NCBI GenBank assembly: GCA_013265495.1
Contig: MU057719.1
Span: 186,001 to 250,000 of the forward strand
Length of the DNA stretch: 64,000 nt
Direction: 5' to 3'
DNA from: Vicugna vicugna
Lineage: Eukaryota
Of the stretch, positions 34,214-45,642 are shown in pieces. The notes beneath the pieces were generated by a model. The model did no database searches, had not been told where the DNA came from, and saw nothing but the letters and a program-made list of their open reading frames with translations. Position 1 is the stretch's first letter. The number at the start of each line of letters is the position of its first letter. The position numbers were made by a program, and so were the translations under genes.

Positions 34214-37200
34214 ATATCTGAGAGACCCCTTGCCCTCTTTCTGCACAGACAAAAGGCTGAACCCCAGAGAAGCTAATGCTGACACAACGGGTTTTGCCAC
34301 AAGTGGCCCAGGGACGATGTCTCAGGGTTCCGATGGCTGTACTAAGCAGGCCAGGGCTGGTGAGGGGCAGGGGAAGGAACGGGAAGTGGTGGCAGCCGCC
34401 CTCACCCAGGACACTCATACAGCCTGGGGGCACTGTGGTTGGGCCCTGTGGTGGCAGGTGTGGCTGAAGCCCAGCCACTGTGGGGGAAGTGGGGAGCAGA
34501 GCCAGGAGGAAAGGGGTGGCCAGAAAGGACTCCCCATGACCAGCTAGCCAGCGCCTGGGCCTGGAAGGAGTCCAGGACAGGGCTGAGGGGGGGTGGCGCC
34601 AATGCACTGGGGAGATCCAGCCAAGGTCTCAGCGGGCACTGCCTCCCGTGCCCAACACCCTGAAGCTGACAGTCCACGGGGGTGGCAGCCACAGCCCTCA
34701 CCCCAGGCTCAGCCAGCGTCAACTCAGCATGTCTGCGACGCTCCCCTCACTTCCTGCGGTGGACGCTGCCCGCTCCCCCGGGCCCGCGGCACTAGGACAG
34801 GTGCCCCTGGAAAGTAGGATCTGGGGGCACCCTCGGTGCTGAGCTGCACGCCAACCTGGGGGAAGCGCTGCTCAAGCCACCGTGGCGCAGATGAGGGATC
34901 TGAGCCCCCAGCTCTTCACCATTTAGGAAAATGTGCTCGGAGAGAGGGACTCAGTGGGGAAACCGGGGACGCACCCTAGAAGGTTGGGGCCCATCTCCCG
35001 CTGGAGGCCTGCTTCCTGGGCCCAGGCCCCTTGGCTGTGTCTGGCCCCTCTCTGCCAGGCCTCCCTGGGTGCACCTGGGTGCTGCGGGAATAAGACCCCG
35101 CAGGCTGCCCACAGCTTCAGGATAATGAGGACCAGGCCTGCTGCAGAGAGAGACACCACTCTCCTGGCCCCATCCTGCACACCATGCAGGTGCCCCAAAG
35201 GCTGACTTGGGAAATGTCAACTCCCCAGCCTCCCCTCCTCTTGCCCCTGGCTCCAGGGCCTCCTGGACCTGGGGGCAGGGCCGGTGTCTCGGGAGAAGCC
35301 AGGTGAACACAGGCAGAGCCGGCCCCTGGCGAGGACCAGCAGGCAGGCTGGTTCCCAGGGGCCTTGGGGAGGCCGGGGAGGGGGTGTTGTGGCCACAGGA
35401 CTAGGGGACCCACCTTAGAGTGCTCGGCCCAGAGCCAGGTCCCCACTTGGGTGCTGTGTTTCCATCCATCCAGCAGGATGCCCACCCCAGGGTGCAGGCC
35501 ACACAGCCACCACCTGCGGCCCCCAAACATGAGGCCAGTCCTTTTAGGAGTGCTCCAAGGTATCTGATTTTACTCAAAGGCGCCCCCCCACCCCGAGACG
35601 GCTGGGGGACAATGAGGATTTCGTGTGGCCTCACTGACAGGGCTATCCACCCATCCCAGGGACTCGGAGGTGAGAAAGGTCCCGCCCAGCCGGCACCGAG
35701 GGGGGCGAGGAGAGTGCTGGGAGGGGCAGCGTCTGACTCAGCCGCATCCAGCAGCGCTGCCTCTGGCTGTTTCAGAAAGTTGCCCCCGACAGGGGGGCTG
35801 CCACGTGGAGGCAGCACAGGGCCACCCACCCAGAAAGATGCTCAGGGACCCGAGAGTCCCCAGAGCTGGTTTCCGACCCCATGGCCAGACCCTCAGCAGG
35901 CCAGCCTGCAGCCCCGCAGCCGTCCCTCACCCCCTGCCCTGGGCACGGGAGCAGACACCCACCCGGATCTACTGCTGGGCAGCTGGGCCACGCCCCCCAC
36001 TCGTGGCCTAACGCGTGCTGCGGGCGGGGCAGCAGTCAAACCCCCAGGCCTGCTGGAATCCCCAGGGGAGGAGGCACAGGCACAGAAAGGAGGTGACAAG
36101 AGGGAGAAGGCCACAGAGCAGCCAGAAGCCAGCTGCAGTGAACCTGTGTGCGGCGCCGTTACCACCGCGGCCTCTGCAAAACAGAGATTCCCCAAATCCG
36201 TGGCCGGCTGGTGGCCTGATGGCTCGTGAAGTCCCCGAATGAAATCGGAGGCTGCGATGCACAGCTAGTCTGGTAGCAGCGCCTGTGCGGCCCCGGGCGC
36301 CAGCATTTACCGCAGGAGCTGGGGAAGCCCAGGGACAGAGAGCTGCCCCGCCCCCTCTGCCTGAGGAAGGGGCTGGGGAGGGAGAGGCGCTCCCCCAGCC
36401 AGAGTGAGAGCCGCCGGCCCAGCCAGGACCAGAGCCTGGCTTTCCGCGATGCTCCCGACACACGTCACTCTCACAAAGACCCCTCTCCTCGCGGCCAGCC
36501 AGGCGGCCGGCACGGGTTCCAGGCGCAGCCCGGTGCCCGGCAGCGACGCCCACCGTGGGGACACGGGAGCACAGAGAGCTGGAAGCACGCTCACCTCTCC
36601 GAGGCCAGGCTGGGGCTCCGGGCGCAGCAGCCTCCCGTCCAGGCAGCGCCCCGAACGTCCCCAGCACCTCAGGGTGCCGGCCCAGGGGGCGGGGGCGGGT
36701 GGGCGAGGAGGGTGGAATTCCTGGTGAAACCCCGCCTGTCCCACAGCGGCCTGGGGGGCAAGGGGGCCCCGAGCCTGCGGGCTGGCTGGGGCGGTTTCTC
36801 TTCAACAGGAAAAGACACGATTCTCGTTTCATTCTGAGCCACGCTGCTCTCACTGGCGCAGAGGCCCGCGGCGGAGCTCTGTCGTGGAATGCCTCCCACC
36901 CCTGCCCCGGCGGCTTCTCTCTCTGCCTTTCCTTGCAGCCCCTGTGGGCTGATACTTAGGCCGAGGTTCGCCGGCACCCCAGCCACCGGTGCTGGAGTGT
37001 GGGGACCCGGTAAGCCATTAGAGCACGGCGGCCAGGTCAGGGAGAGGGGCCACTCTGACGCAGCTGCCCGGCGGGCGTGGGCCGGCCTCTGCTGGGGACG
37101 TCCCCAGGACCTCCCAGTGCCCTCTGAGCATCTCCATTTCTCGGATGTGGCCCTGATGCCTGGCACCCCAGGGCGTGGTCGCAATGGGTGTGGCAGGGCT

Positions 37201-40200
37201 GAGCCAGAGACCCAGGAGGGCAGCGCGCCCACCCAGCTGCCAACGGGGGCTTTCAGAGACCCCCGCTGCCTTGGGCCATGAGCTTGACCCCTCGGCACCC
37301 TCCCCTGGGCAGGGGCTTACCCACCCCGCACAGACTTAGCCGGTGTCACCAGGCTGGTGCCTGCAGTGTGGAGGCCCAGCTGGCGGGCCTCTGCAGACAG
37401 CAGACAGGGCCTCACCCGTGAGACAGACTGAGAATGGGACATCCGCCCGCTGGAGCGGGGCTTCCCCACCTCAGCCACGGCGTGGGCGCCTCCCACCTGG
37501 ACCAGCATAGCGGCCTGACCCTCCCTCTCCACCCAGCAAAGCAGCCACCTCAGACCTCAGCTTATCACCCCCACACCCCTGCTAAAGGCCCTGCTGGCTC
37601 TTCCCTGCTCTGGGGAGACCCCATCTCTGCAGGGCAGCCTCTGGGGCTGGCACATGCCAGGGCTGAGCCTCTGAACCCCCAGGCACTCTCTCCAGGACGC
37701 CAGCTCAGTCTGGGGCCCATGGGGCTGGCAGGATTGGTTCCCAAACTGAGATCTGCCCCCTGCGGACCAGCTGTGTGCCAGGCTCGGCCCTACACTTCCC
37801 TCCCCAGCCCCGGCAAGGGCAGCAGGAACAGGAGGGTGGGCTCCACTGCACCCAGAGGAGGAGGCCCCGGAGGCCAGGGGCCAGGAGACGGCTGTGGGAG
37901 TGCAGCCCTAAAACGTCCATCCCCGTCCCCAGGGCCTCACTCCTGACACCCCTGGGGCAGCAGCGGAAGACGAGAACTCTCTTGCCCCTCAACAGGCGCT
38001 TCTCAGGGGCTGGCGTGGCAGCAAAGGGGACAACCCAGCTGACCCTGCAGGCCTGAGATGCCAAGGACCCGGCTGGGGCCGCAGCAAGCACCCATGGCAC
38101 CACTCAGCCCACAGGGCCTCCAGGCAGGAGGGGGGCTGGAAAGCCATGGCCTCCGTCCACCCAGCACGGCCCCGGGAATGCCCCACCCGCCCCTTTGCAG
38201 AGACGAGAGCCAAAAGTGGGCTCCAATCCGGCCCCGGCCAGGCCACCGCCTGCTCAGCATGCCCTCCCCAGGGCTGTCCTAGTCATCGGTCACTTGGCAG
38301 TATGGCCACCATCCACTCAGTCACCACCAGAACGTCTCATGGCTCCCATTGTACCCCAAACTCCAAAGCCACCCCCAGCTCCACAGCACTCCCACCCTGT
38401 GTGGCCACCTGGGGCCGGGGCCTCTGCCCTTGCAGGCCCTGCCCCAGGGCCCCTTCCTGGCCCTCTCAGCCTCGCCAACAACCACTTCTCTGGGTCGCAC
38501 AGGCAACTCCAGGGGATGGCCAAGGCCAGGGTCAACAGGAGGAGGGAACCCAGGGCAAGTATGTTCCCACCGCACACTCCTGTCCTTGGCAGTACCTGCG
38601 AGCAGCTTCCGAGACCCGTGGACAATGCACACTTTTAATACGGGGTGGGGGGTGTGGGCCGGGCTGGGGGCTGCCATGCACTCGCAGTGGCAGGGCTGGG
38701 TTGAGGGGCCCCAGGGACCAGACCCCAACCCTGGGCGGGGCGTGGGGGCCGGAGCTCAGTGAGGGCAACACGAAGACCCGGCCCGGAGGAGCGGGAACCC
38801 AGAATCACGCCTTCCACGGCTCCAAACCCACCCCGATTCCCAACACCCACACTCAGGCCGCAGAGCTGCAGGGAGAGGGCTCCACCCCTCCTGAGGGCGC
38901 ACAGCCGGCCGGGGGTCCAGGGGAAAACAGCAGGGAGCAGTCGGACCCCGTCATCGGCTTCGAGCCTCACCTACCCAGGCCGCGGACGGCCGCGGGCCCA
39001 GGCGCAGGAAGGCCCCGCAAGCGGGTGGGAAGGCCCAGTGCGCTCGGCGCAGCGTCACGCGTGCGACTCACAGGGGCCGTCCTCGCTCAGAGCTCAGTGG
39101 CTCAACTTCACGCACGACGCTGACAGTCTGCTTCGGATGACTTTCCAGAGAGCGGACGAGTGGAGACGGCTGAATGTGGCAGCAAGAGGTGACAGGCAGG
39201 AGGCTACAGTGCAAAAGCTACAAACCGAAGAAAAACCCAGCAGCCAGGTGTGCGTTCTATGCAGAGAAATCCAGATACGCCGACGGGGCCAGGCGAGGCC
39301 CCCAGTCGCCCACCAGGGAGGCGGTCACGCAGAGCGCCCGGCCCAGCCGCCGGACGGCCACGACGACCGCTCACCCCACACGCACGGGCCACAACGACTA
39401 AGCACAGAGCAGGTGGAACAGCCCAGGATGCGCTCTGTACGAAGGTGATTTTATCTGATTTTAAATGTCCTGTCATATCAACAAACTGACCTGGAAAGTT
39501 CTCTTTCCGGCACCCATTTCGCAGACAAGGAAACCAAGGCCAACAGCTGACCAGGCCTGTCCAGGGTTGTGTGCAGCAGGTGGACAAGGGACACAGGCAC
39601 AGGGCAAGCCCCCAAGGAAGAGCTGTGGTCGGCATGTGAACTCGGACCCCCAACAACACCCCTAGAACAGGAAGACAGAGCCTCCAACCCAAACCACGTG
39701 CCCGAGCGCTCTCTGCTGCGGGAGCACAGGGGCTTCGAAGAACCCTGGGCTCACAGACTCAGCCCTCAGCGAGCCTCCGCGGTCACTCAGCGAGGATGGA
39801 AGAAACCGAGCCCAGAATGGCCCAGGGTAGGCTCCAGGTCACCAGCACCCGGGCCGGCCCCAGGACAGGCATGCAATACACACACAGGACGAGCACCGTC
39901 TGTGGACCTGTCCCTCAAGTCCTGACCAAGCAGAACACGCACGAGGCTTGGAAGCCCCCAGGCAAGACAGCACAGCGCCCAGAGGCAGTGTCCTTAGCTT
40001 CAGGTCCCAGCTCCAAAACCAAGTGGTTCCCAGGGACGGCCCAGGGCAACCCCATCTGGTGTCCACCACCGTCCACATGGCGTGAGGGAAGCCAGGCTAC
40101 AGCCCTCTCCATGGACATGCAGGTGAGGCACCCTGGACATGGAGGGCCAAACGCTCATGAGCTACAAGAGGGCTTTAAAGGGCCTGGAAGAGCGAGGTGG

Positions 40201-43200
40201 TGCCAGCTCCCACCCTGGCCACCGGGTCTCATTTGAGCCCCTCCCCTGAACTGCTGTGTGGCCCTGGGAAAGCCAGTTCACATCTCTGGGCCACAGCACC
40301 CCCTAGAACCCAGGCAGCGGGGAGCACATCTTCCGAGGGGCATCTCTGAAGGTCAGTGAGTGGTCGCGTGGGCCCTAGCCTGGGGTGAGATGAAGAAATG
40401 GACCTGCTTGCAGCCAAGACGAAGGCAAGTGGCCCGCGAGCCGTGCCAGGCAGGAAACCGGTGCCGACCCCACCAGAACAGCAGGGAAGACCAGGACCCT
40501 CCAGGACTCCAGCCTCTCACTTCCCCACGGGCCTCCCACCCTGAACAGCCCGGCTCTGCCACATGGGCCAGAGCCAAAACCCAGGGGCGAGCCAGGTATG
40601 GGGCCTTCTGTCTGTCCCGGGCCGGCTCCGGGCAGCCAGGCCTCCCTCAGCTTCCGCACGGGCCGCGTGCGGCTGAGTAGCTGTTCTCCACACTGGACCC
40701 AGGAGGAGGGGCTGGGCCCACTGAAGCCCTCCAAATGGACAAGTCCCCACTGTCCCCAGTCTGTTTCCTCATCTGAAAGGGAGTGAGCCAGTACCTCTCC
40801 CCTTTCCACCCCAAAACCCGCTGACCCAGACAGCCAGGGCAGCCCAGAGCTCAGTGGTCCTGGCTCAGGCCGGGGACAAGCAGCAGGACCCGAACCGGAC
40901 GCCCTCAGCGCAGCCGGGAACCACAGGGGCGCGCAGCAGGGCCCGGGCCCCACAAAGGCCAGCTTCCCGGAGACGCCCAGCACCTGGCCCCAGCTCTCCC
41001 TCCTGGCTCCCCGCACGCCTGCCCTGAGTGCCACCACCTGCAGCCAAGACGCTGGCCCCCTCCCAGCCCACCAAGCCCAGCCCTCACCTGCCAGCCACCT
41101 GTGGTCCCCCGCCCGCCAGGCCAGGCCACCTCTTGAAAGAGAGGCCAGGAGGTGCAACCTCATGGCCAGGGTAGGCGAGAGGTCCCACCACAGGGGTGGC
41201 CCCATCACCCCCTGGCCCGCCGGCTCAGGGCCCCACGGCCTCGGGCGATGCAGGGTGGCAGATCGGCAAGCAGCAGGGCCCGCAAGAAGGCCCAGGAGGG
41301 CAGCGTCTCCGCCAGGCAGCTGGGCACCGTCCAGAGTGACTGAGTTCCCCTTTCCCAGGGCCCGCCCGGCCCACCACCCCTCACCCAGACACCTGTGACC
41401 ACAGGCGGCTCCCATTGGCCGAAGCCAACTGCTTCCTAAAAGAGGACAGGGACCCCAGCCTCGTTTCCTCAATCTGAGAGCGACAGTCCCAGCCTGCAAG
41501 TGGTGACCACGTGGGACCCCGGCCCAGCCCGGGGCCGGGCAGAGAGAGGAAGGGCAAGGCCTGGACCTGAACTCCAATAGGCCCCGCCTCGGGCCAGCTG
41601 CCTGGCCGCGGGCAAGTCAGGTGACCTGGCTGAGCCCACTCCCCCGGCTGCGGGCTGTGGGAGGATGCGGGGATGGGGCCCACCCTCCGACACAGGGCCA
41701 GGCAGCACGCCCAGGAATGCTCTCCTCCCGATGCAAGTGCTGGTCTCAGCCCGGCCTGGGGGGCGGGAAGGGGGGCGTCCTGGGAGTGCTCGGGGCCCCA
41801 CCACGCTGTCCCCCCACCCCCACCCCCCGGCAAGAGGCGTCCTGTGCACAGAGCCCTGGAGCACTGGCAGCGAGGGTCCTGCAGGAGGAGGGACGGCACG
41901 GGCCGGCGCCCAGAGGCTGGGAGTCAGGCACAGGACAGGGCTCGGCAGGCCTGGCACAGAAGAGGCAGCAGTGGAGCAGAGCCCCGACTGCTAGGACACA
42001 TGGGGCAGCAACGGGGCGCGCCGGAGCCAGGGGAGGGGGCCTGGACAGGCTGGGGGCTCTGCCTCGGAGCGGGTGTGCAGGAAGTGCAGGAGGAAGGAAG
42101 CCTTCGTGGCTCCCGGCCACCCTCCAGCCACACAACGGGGTCATTCTTCCGGGGCACAGAATGCCTTTTGTAGCCCGGCAGCCAGGGGCCCAGCCCAGGG
42201 CCAGCAGCAGGAGTGGGGGTGCAGGGGCTCCATCACATGGCCTTTAGCCCTGCTGGTCCCTGGCAGGCCAGTGTGGGGTCCTCAGTCCCCACCCCCGGGC
42301 GGCCTGAGGTCCAAGCAGCTCTGTCCCCGGGGGGCAGCCCTGTCCGGCTGCAGGGGCCGAGGCCGCTTGGACTGCTCTGAGCGGCACACACTGCCCGCAC
42401 ACCGTCCGCTCCCTGGCAGCGTTGGTCGCGCTGGCGGCCAGGCCAGCCCTGGACCCAAGGCAGCCGGCGCCCTCACCTGAGCACGTGGTAGCCCTGCTGC
42501 CCACTACAGCCCCGGCACTGGCTGTCGGGGCCCAGGTGGGCCGACTCCTCCTGAAGGACTCTGGCAGGAGGCCAGAGGCCTCCCGCCCAGGCTGACCTGG
42601 CTGGCGGCCCAGCAGCGGCCCTGCCTCGGCCTCTCCTCCAGTGCCTCCCCCACGTGCACCCATCTGCCCGCACCGCACGCTCCGCTCGCTGTGGGGCCGG
42701 GCAGGCCCCTTCCCTCCAGGGCCCATCCCACCCTGTCCTGCCCATGGACATCCAATCCACACTGGCCAGAACCCCTCAAGTTTGGGGTTCAAGGATGAAG
42801 AGAGAAACCCCCAAGCATCACACTGCAGAGCAGAGGGCCCAGGACCCTGACTGCAGGGCAGGAGACGAGACGTCCTTCCCTGAATTACCTGGCTTGGGTT
42901 TCTGCCACGTGCACGTGCCATTTTCACGACAATGACACAAACAGCCTCGGCGGCGGCGGAGGCCTGACTTTAGCAAGACCCTGGTCAGACCCAGGTTGCT
43001 GCCACCCCTCCTCCGCGTTGGCCAGGCTCCCTCATTCGCTCCTTGTCACCACTTCTAGCTCCCAGCTTGTCTGGTTCGGGGCCCGGGCAGGGATAAGCTC
43101 ACCCAGCGGACAGGGGTGTGGCGAAGGCCTGTCTGTGGCCAGGATCACAGCCCAGCCCCAGTCAAAGGCTTTACTCCCAAGAGGCAAGCCAAGCCAACTC

Positions 43201-44603
43201 AGCCGTGGCTGGTGGTCAACCGTGACCCCCAGATCCTCCTCAGCCGCCCAAGAACCTGGCTGGTCAGCCAAGGGCTTGTGCTCCCGGGACAGGGCAGGGA
43301 GGTCCCCTGAGAGGTCCTCTTGGCCCTCGCCCACTGACTCACTTCATCTGTACCCAACAAGCTTCGTTACTTGAAAGCTAACTCTTGCTGTCTTAGCTGC
43401 CAGGAAGGGAAAGGTGCTCAGCCCTGCCCCACTCGCCCTCAGCTCCACAGGTGGCAGGCGGGGCCCAGCACTGGAGGCCACCTCTTGGAGTCAACACAGA
43501 CTTACCTCCTGCCTCAGCAGGGCCAGTGCAGGACCCTAGACACATCCTGGCCGGCAGCTGGTCCCAGCCCACCAGGCTCCCTTGACCTCAGGCTCTCCCC
43601 CAGCCCCAACCCCACAGTCCCACCTCCTCCTGTCCCGCCCTGACGTGGCTCGTGGATGTCTGGGCCCTCAGAGTGGGTCCAGCTGACCAGGCGCAGGACC
43701 TGTCCCACCGGCTGGGTGGCCTCAGGGGTGACGCAGCCCAGCACAGGCACGGCCATGACCCACCTGTGTGGCGACAACTGGGGAGGCCTCTCGCAGGACC
43801 AGGCGCTGGGAAGCACCAGCCCCTGCCGCGCCCGCCTCCGTGCGCACACATGAGCCACATCCGTGTGGGTCGGGCAGCCTGCAAGTCCGAGCTGGGCACT
43901 GCCGCCCGGGGGGGTCTCACCAACCAGGCCCTGCCCTGCGGGACTCAAGCATTTAGCAAGCACCAAGAGTGTGCTGGGTGCTGAGCCAAGTCTCAAGCAG
44001 CAGCGTGTGCTGCCTCTGGGTGGGCACAAAAGTGTGGGGGGATCACCTGGAGGGGGTGCCGGCTCCCAAGGGGCTGAGCCAGCTCCGACCAGCTCATGGA
44101 CATGTCTCTTCCCAATCAGCGTTTAGCGACATCACATCAGTAGCAGGAAGTCGGCCACGGCGCAAGCGTCTACCCCACAAAAAATAGGAAAAGCACATAT
44201 CACACCCCCAGAGCCCAGAGACGCAGGGCCGCCCCCACCCAGCCTGGCTTCCCCCAGACGCAACGGCAGGGTCTCTCCCTTGCCCCCAGCACCCCTCAGC
44301 CTGAGACCTACTGTTCCTTCCTTGCCCAGACCCCACCTCTGGTCTGCCCTGCCAGTCCAGCAACATCCCAGGTGTTGGCCCAGGGGTCCCCCTGGGCAGA
44401 CGGGCCCGAGCAGCCTCCTGCCTCCCTCTCGGACCTCTCCCGCCAGCTGTCCGCGATCTGCCTCAGTGCCCAGCTCCTGGTCCTCAGGAGGCCCCCCAGC
44501 CCTGCCGCCACCCCCCTGCCTTCCCCAGGCCTCACCCTCCCTGTTAAGGCGCTGGAGGCTGGAGCCCGGGCCCTGGCCAGCGCCGCCGGAGCCCAGTCAA
44601 AAA

Positions 44604-44619
44604 CAACACACACACACAC
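44604..44619. repeat. Short (CA)n microsatellite
   Basis: aacaacacacacacacac. Confidence 0.75.
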
Positions 44620-45629
44620 CCAGCCCTCAGCTTCCTTCCTCCCCGTACGGCCGGCAGTGAGAGAGCAGCAGGCAGGGCCGGGGTGGGCGGGGGCGCAAGC
44701 CCCACTGCAACTACGCCGACCCCCCCCCGCCCCCGTGTCCAGCCCGAGGCCCCTTGCTCTCACATCCTGGTGGGGGCAGGGGGTGTTGGGGGGGCAGCAC
44801 AGAGACCAGGGGCTGCCCTGAAGACAGCTGGGTCTGAGGGCAGGTCGAGGGGGCCCCTGACAGCCACCATGGGCTCACCATGGCTGGTTTTGCCTTCACC
44901 TGCAGGACCCCCACCTCATTACCCACAGGGATATCTGGGAGGGCAGGGGCTAATCTGCTGCGCTGACCAGGGTCCCCACCCTCAAGGCTGCTATTACCTT
45001 GCAAAAACCCTGAACTCGACCATGGTTCTCTATGAAGTCCCTCCAAGCAAGGCCAGCCCCCACTCCCTCTCTCAGAGGGGCCCTGGGGCCACAAGGGCCG
45101 ATCTGCCCCGCACGGGGCTCGGTGCCCACCCTGCCCGGCCCCGCCCCCGGCCCTGGCCCTCTCCAGTTGCTGTGGCCCTCAACCCCTTTCAGCCCTAGCT
45201 CTGGCCCTCAGCCCAGGTGCAGCCATTCCCCGCGGGGTCTTCCCGTCAGGGACACCTCCTCCAAGAAGCCCTCCTTGCACCTGTCAGGCTGAGCAGGAAG
45301 GTCCAGACAGGGCCCCGGCCCTGTGCGTGCCAGGCTGGGTCTGGCTCGCTGCCCCGACAGCAGGCTCTGCAGGCAGCCGGGGCCCTCCCTGGACACCAGC
45401 CCCCAGCCCAGACGGTCACCATCCCAAGTCACACTGCCTTCTCGAAGCTTCTGCAACCTCTGATCTGCTCCAGCCTTGCCCTCCTCCCCCAGGACCGCCA
45501 TGACCAGCCCACACGCTGGCCCTTCCCTGCCTCAGGCTGGTGCCCACACTGGGCCTCAAGCATAGGAGCTTCCCCACTTTCCAGAAGCAGCAGCTGAGGC
45601 TCAGAAGACCCCACAGACCCCAAGGCGCC

Positions 45630-45642
45630 AGGTCACAGGTCT
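45630..45642 (+). promoter_or_regulatory. Near-perfect DR1 AGGTCA-C-AGGTCT
   Basis: One mismatch to consensus. Confidence 0.35.

Noticed and set aside
40375-41577. 400-aa minus-strand ORF
   Set aside because: G/P/A/W-rich low-information translation with no recognisable domain; expected by chance because stops are rare at this GC content.
43213-43228. TGGTCA-ACCG-TGACCC as an ERE
   Set aside because: The spacer is 4 nt rather than 3.
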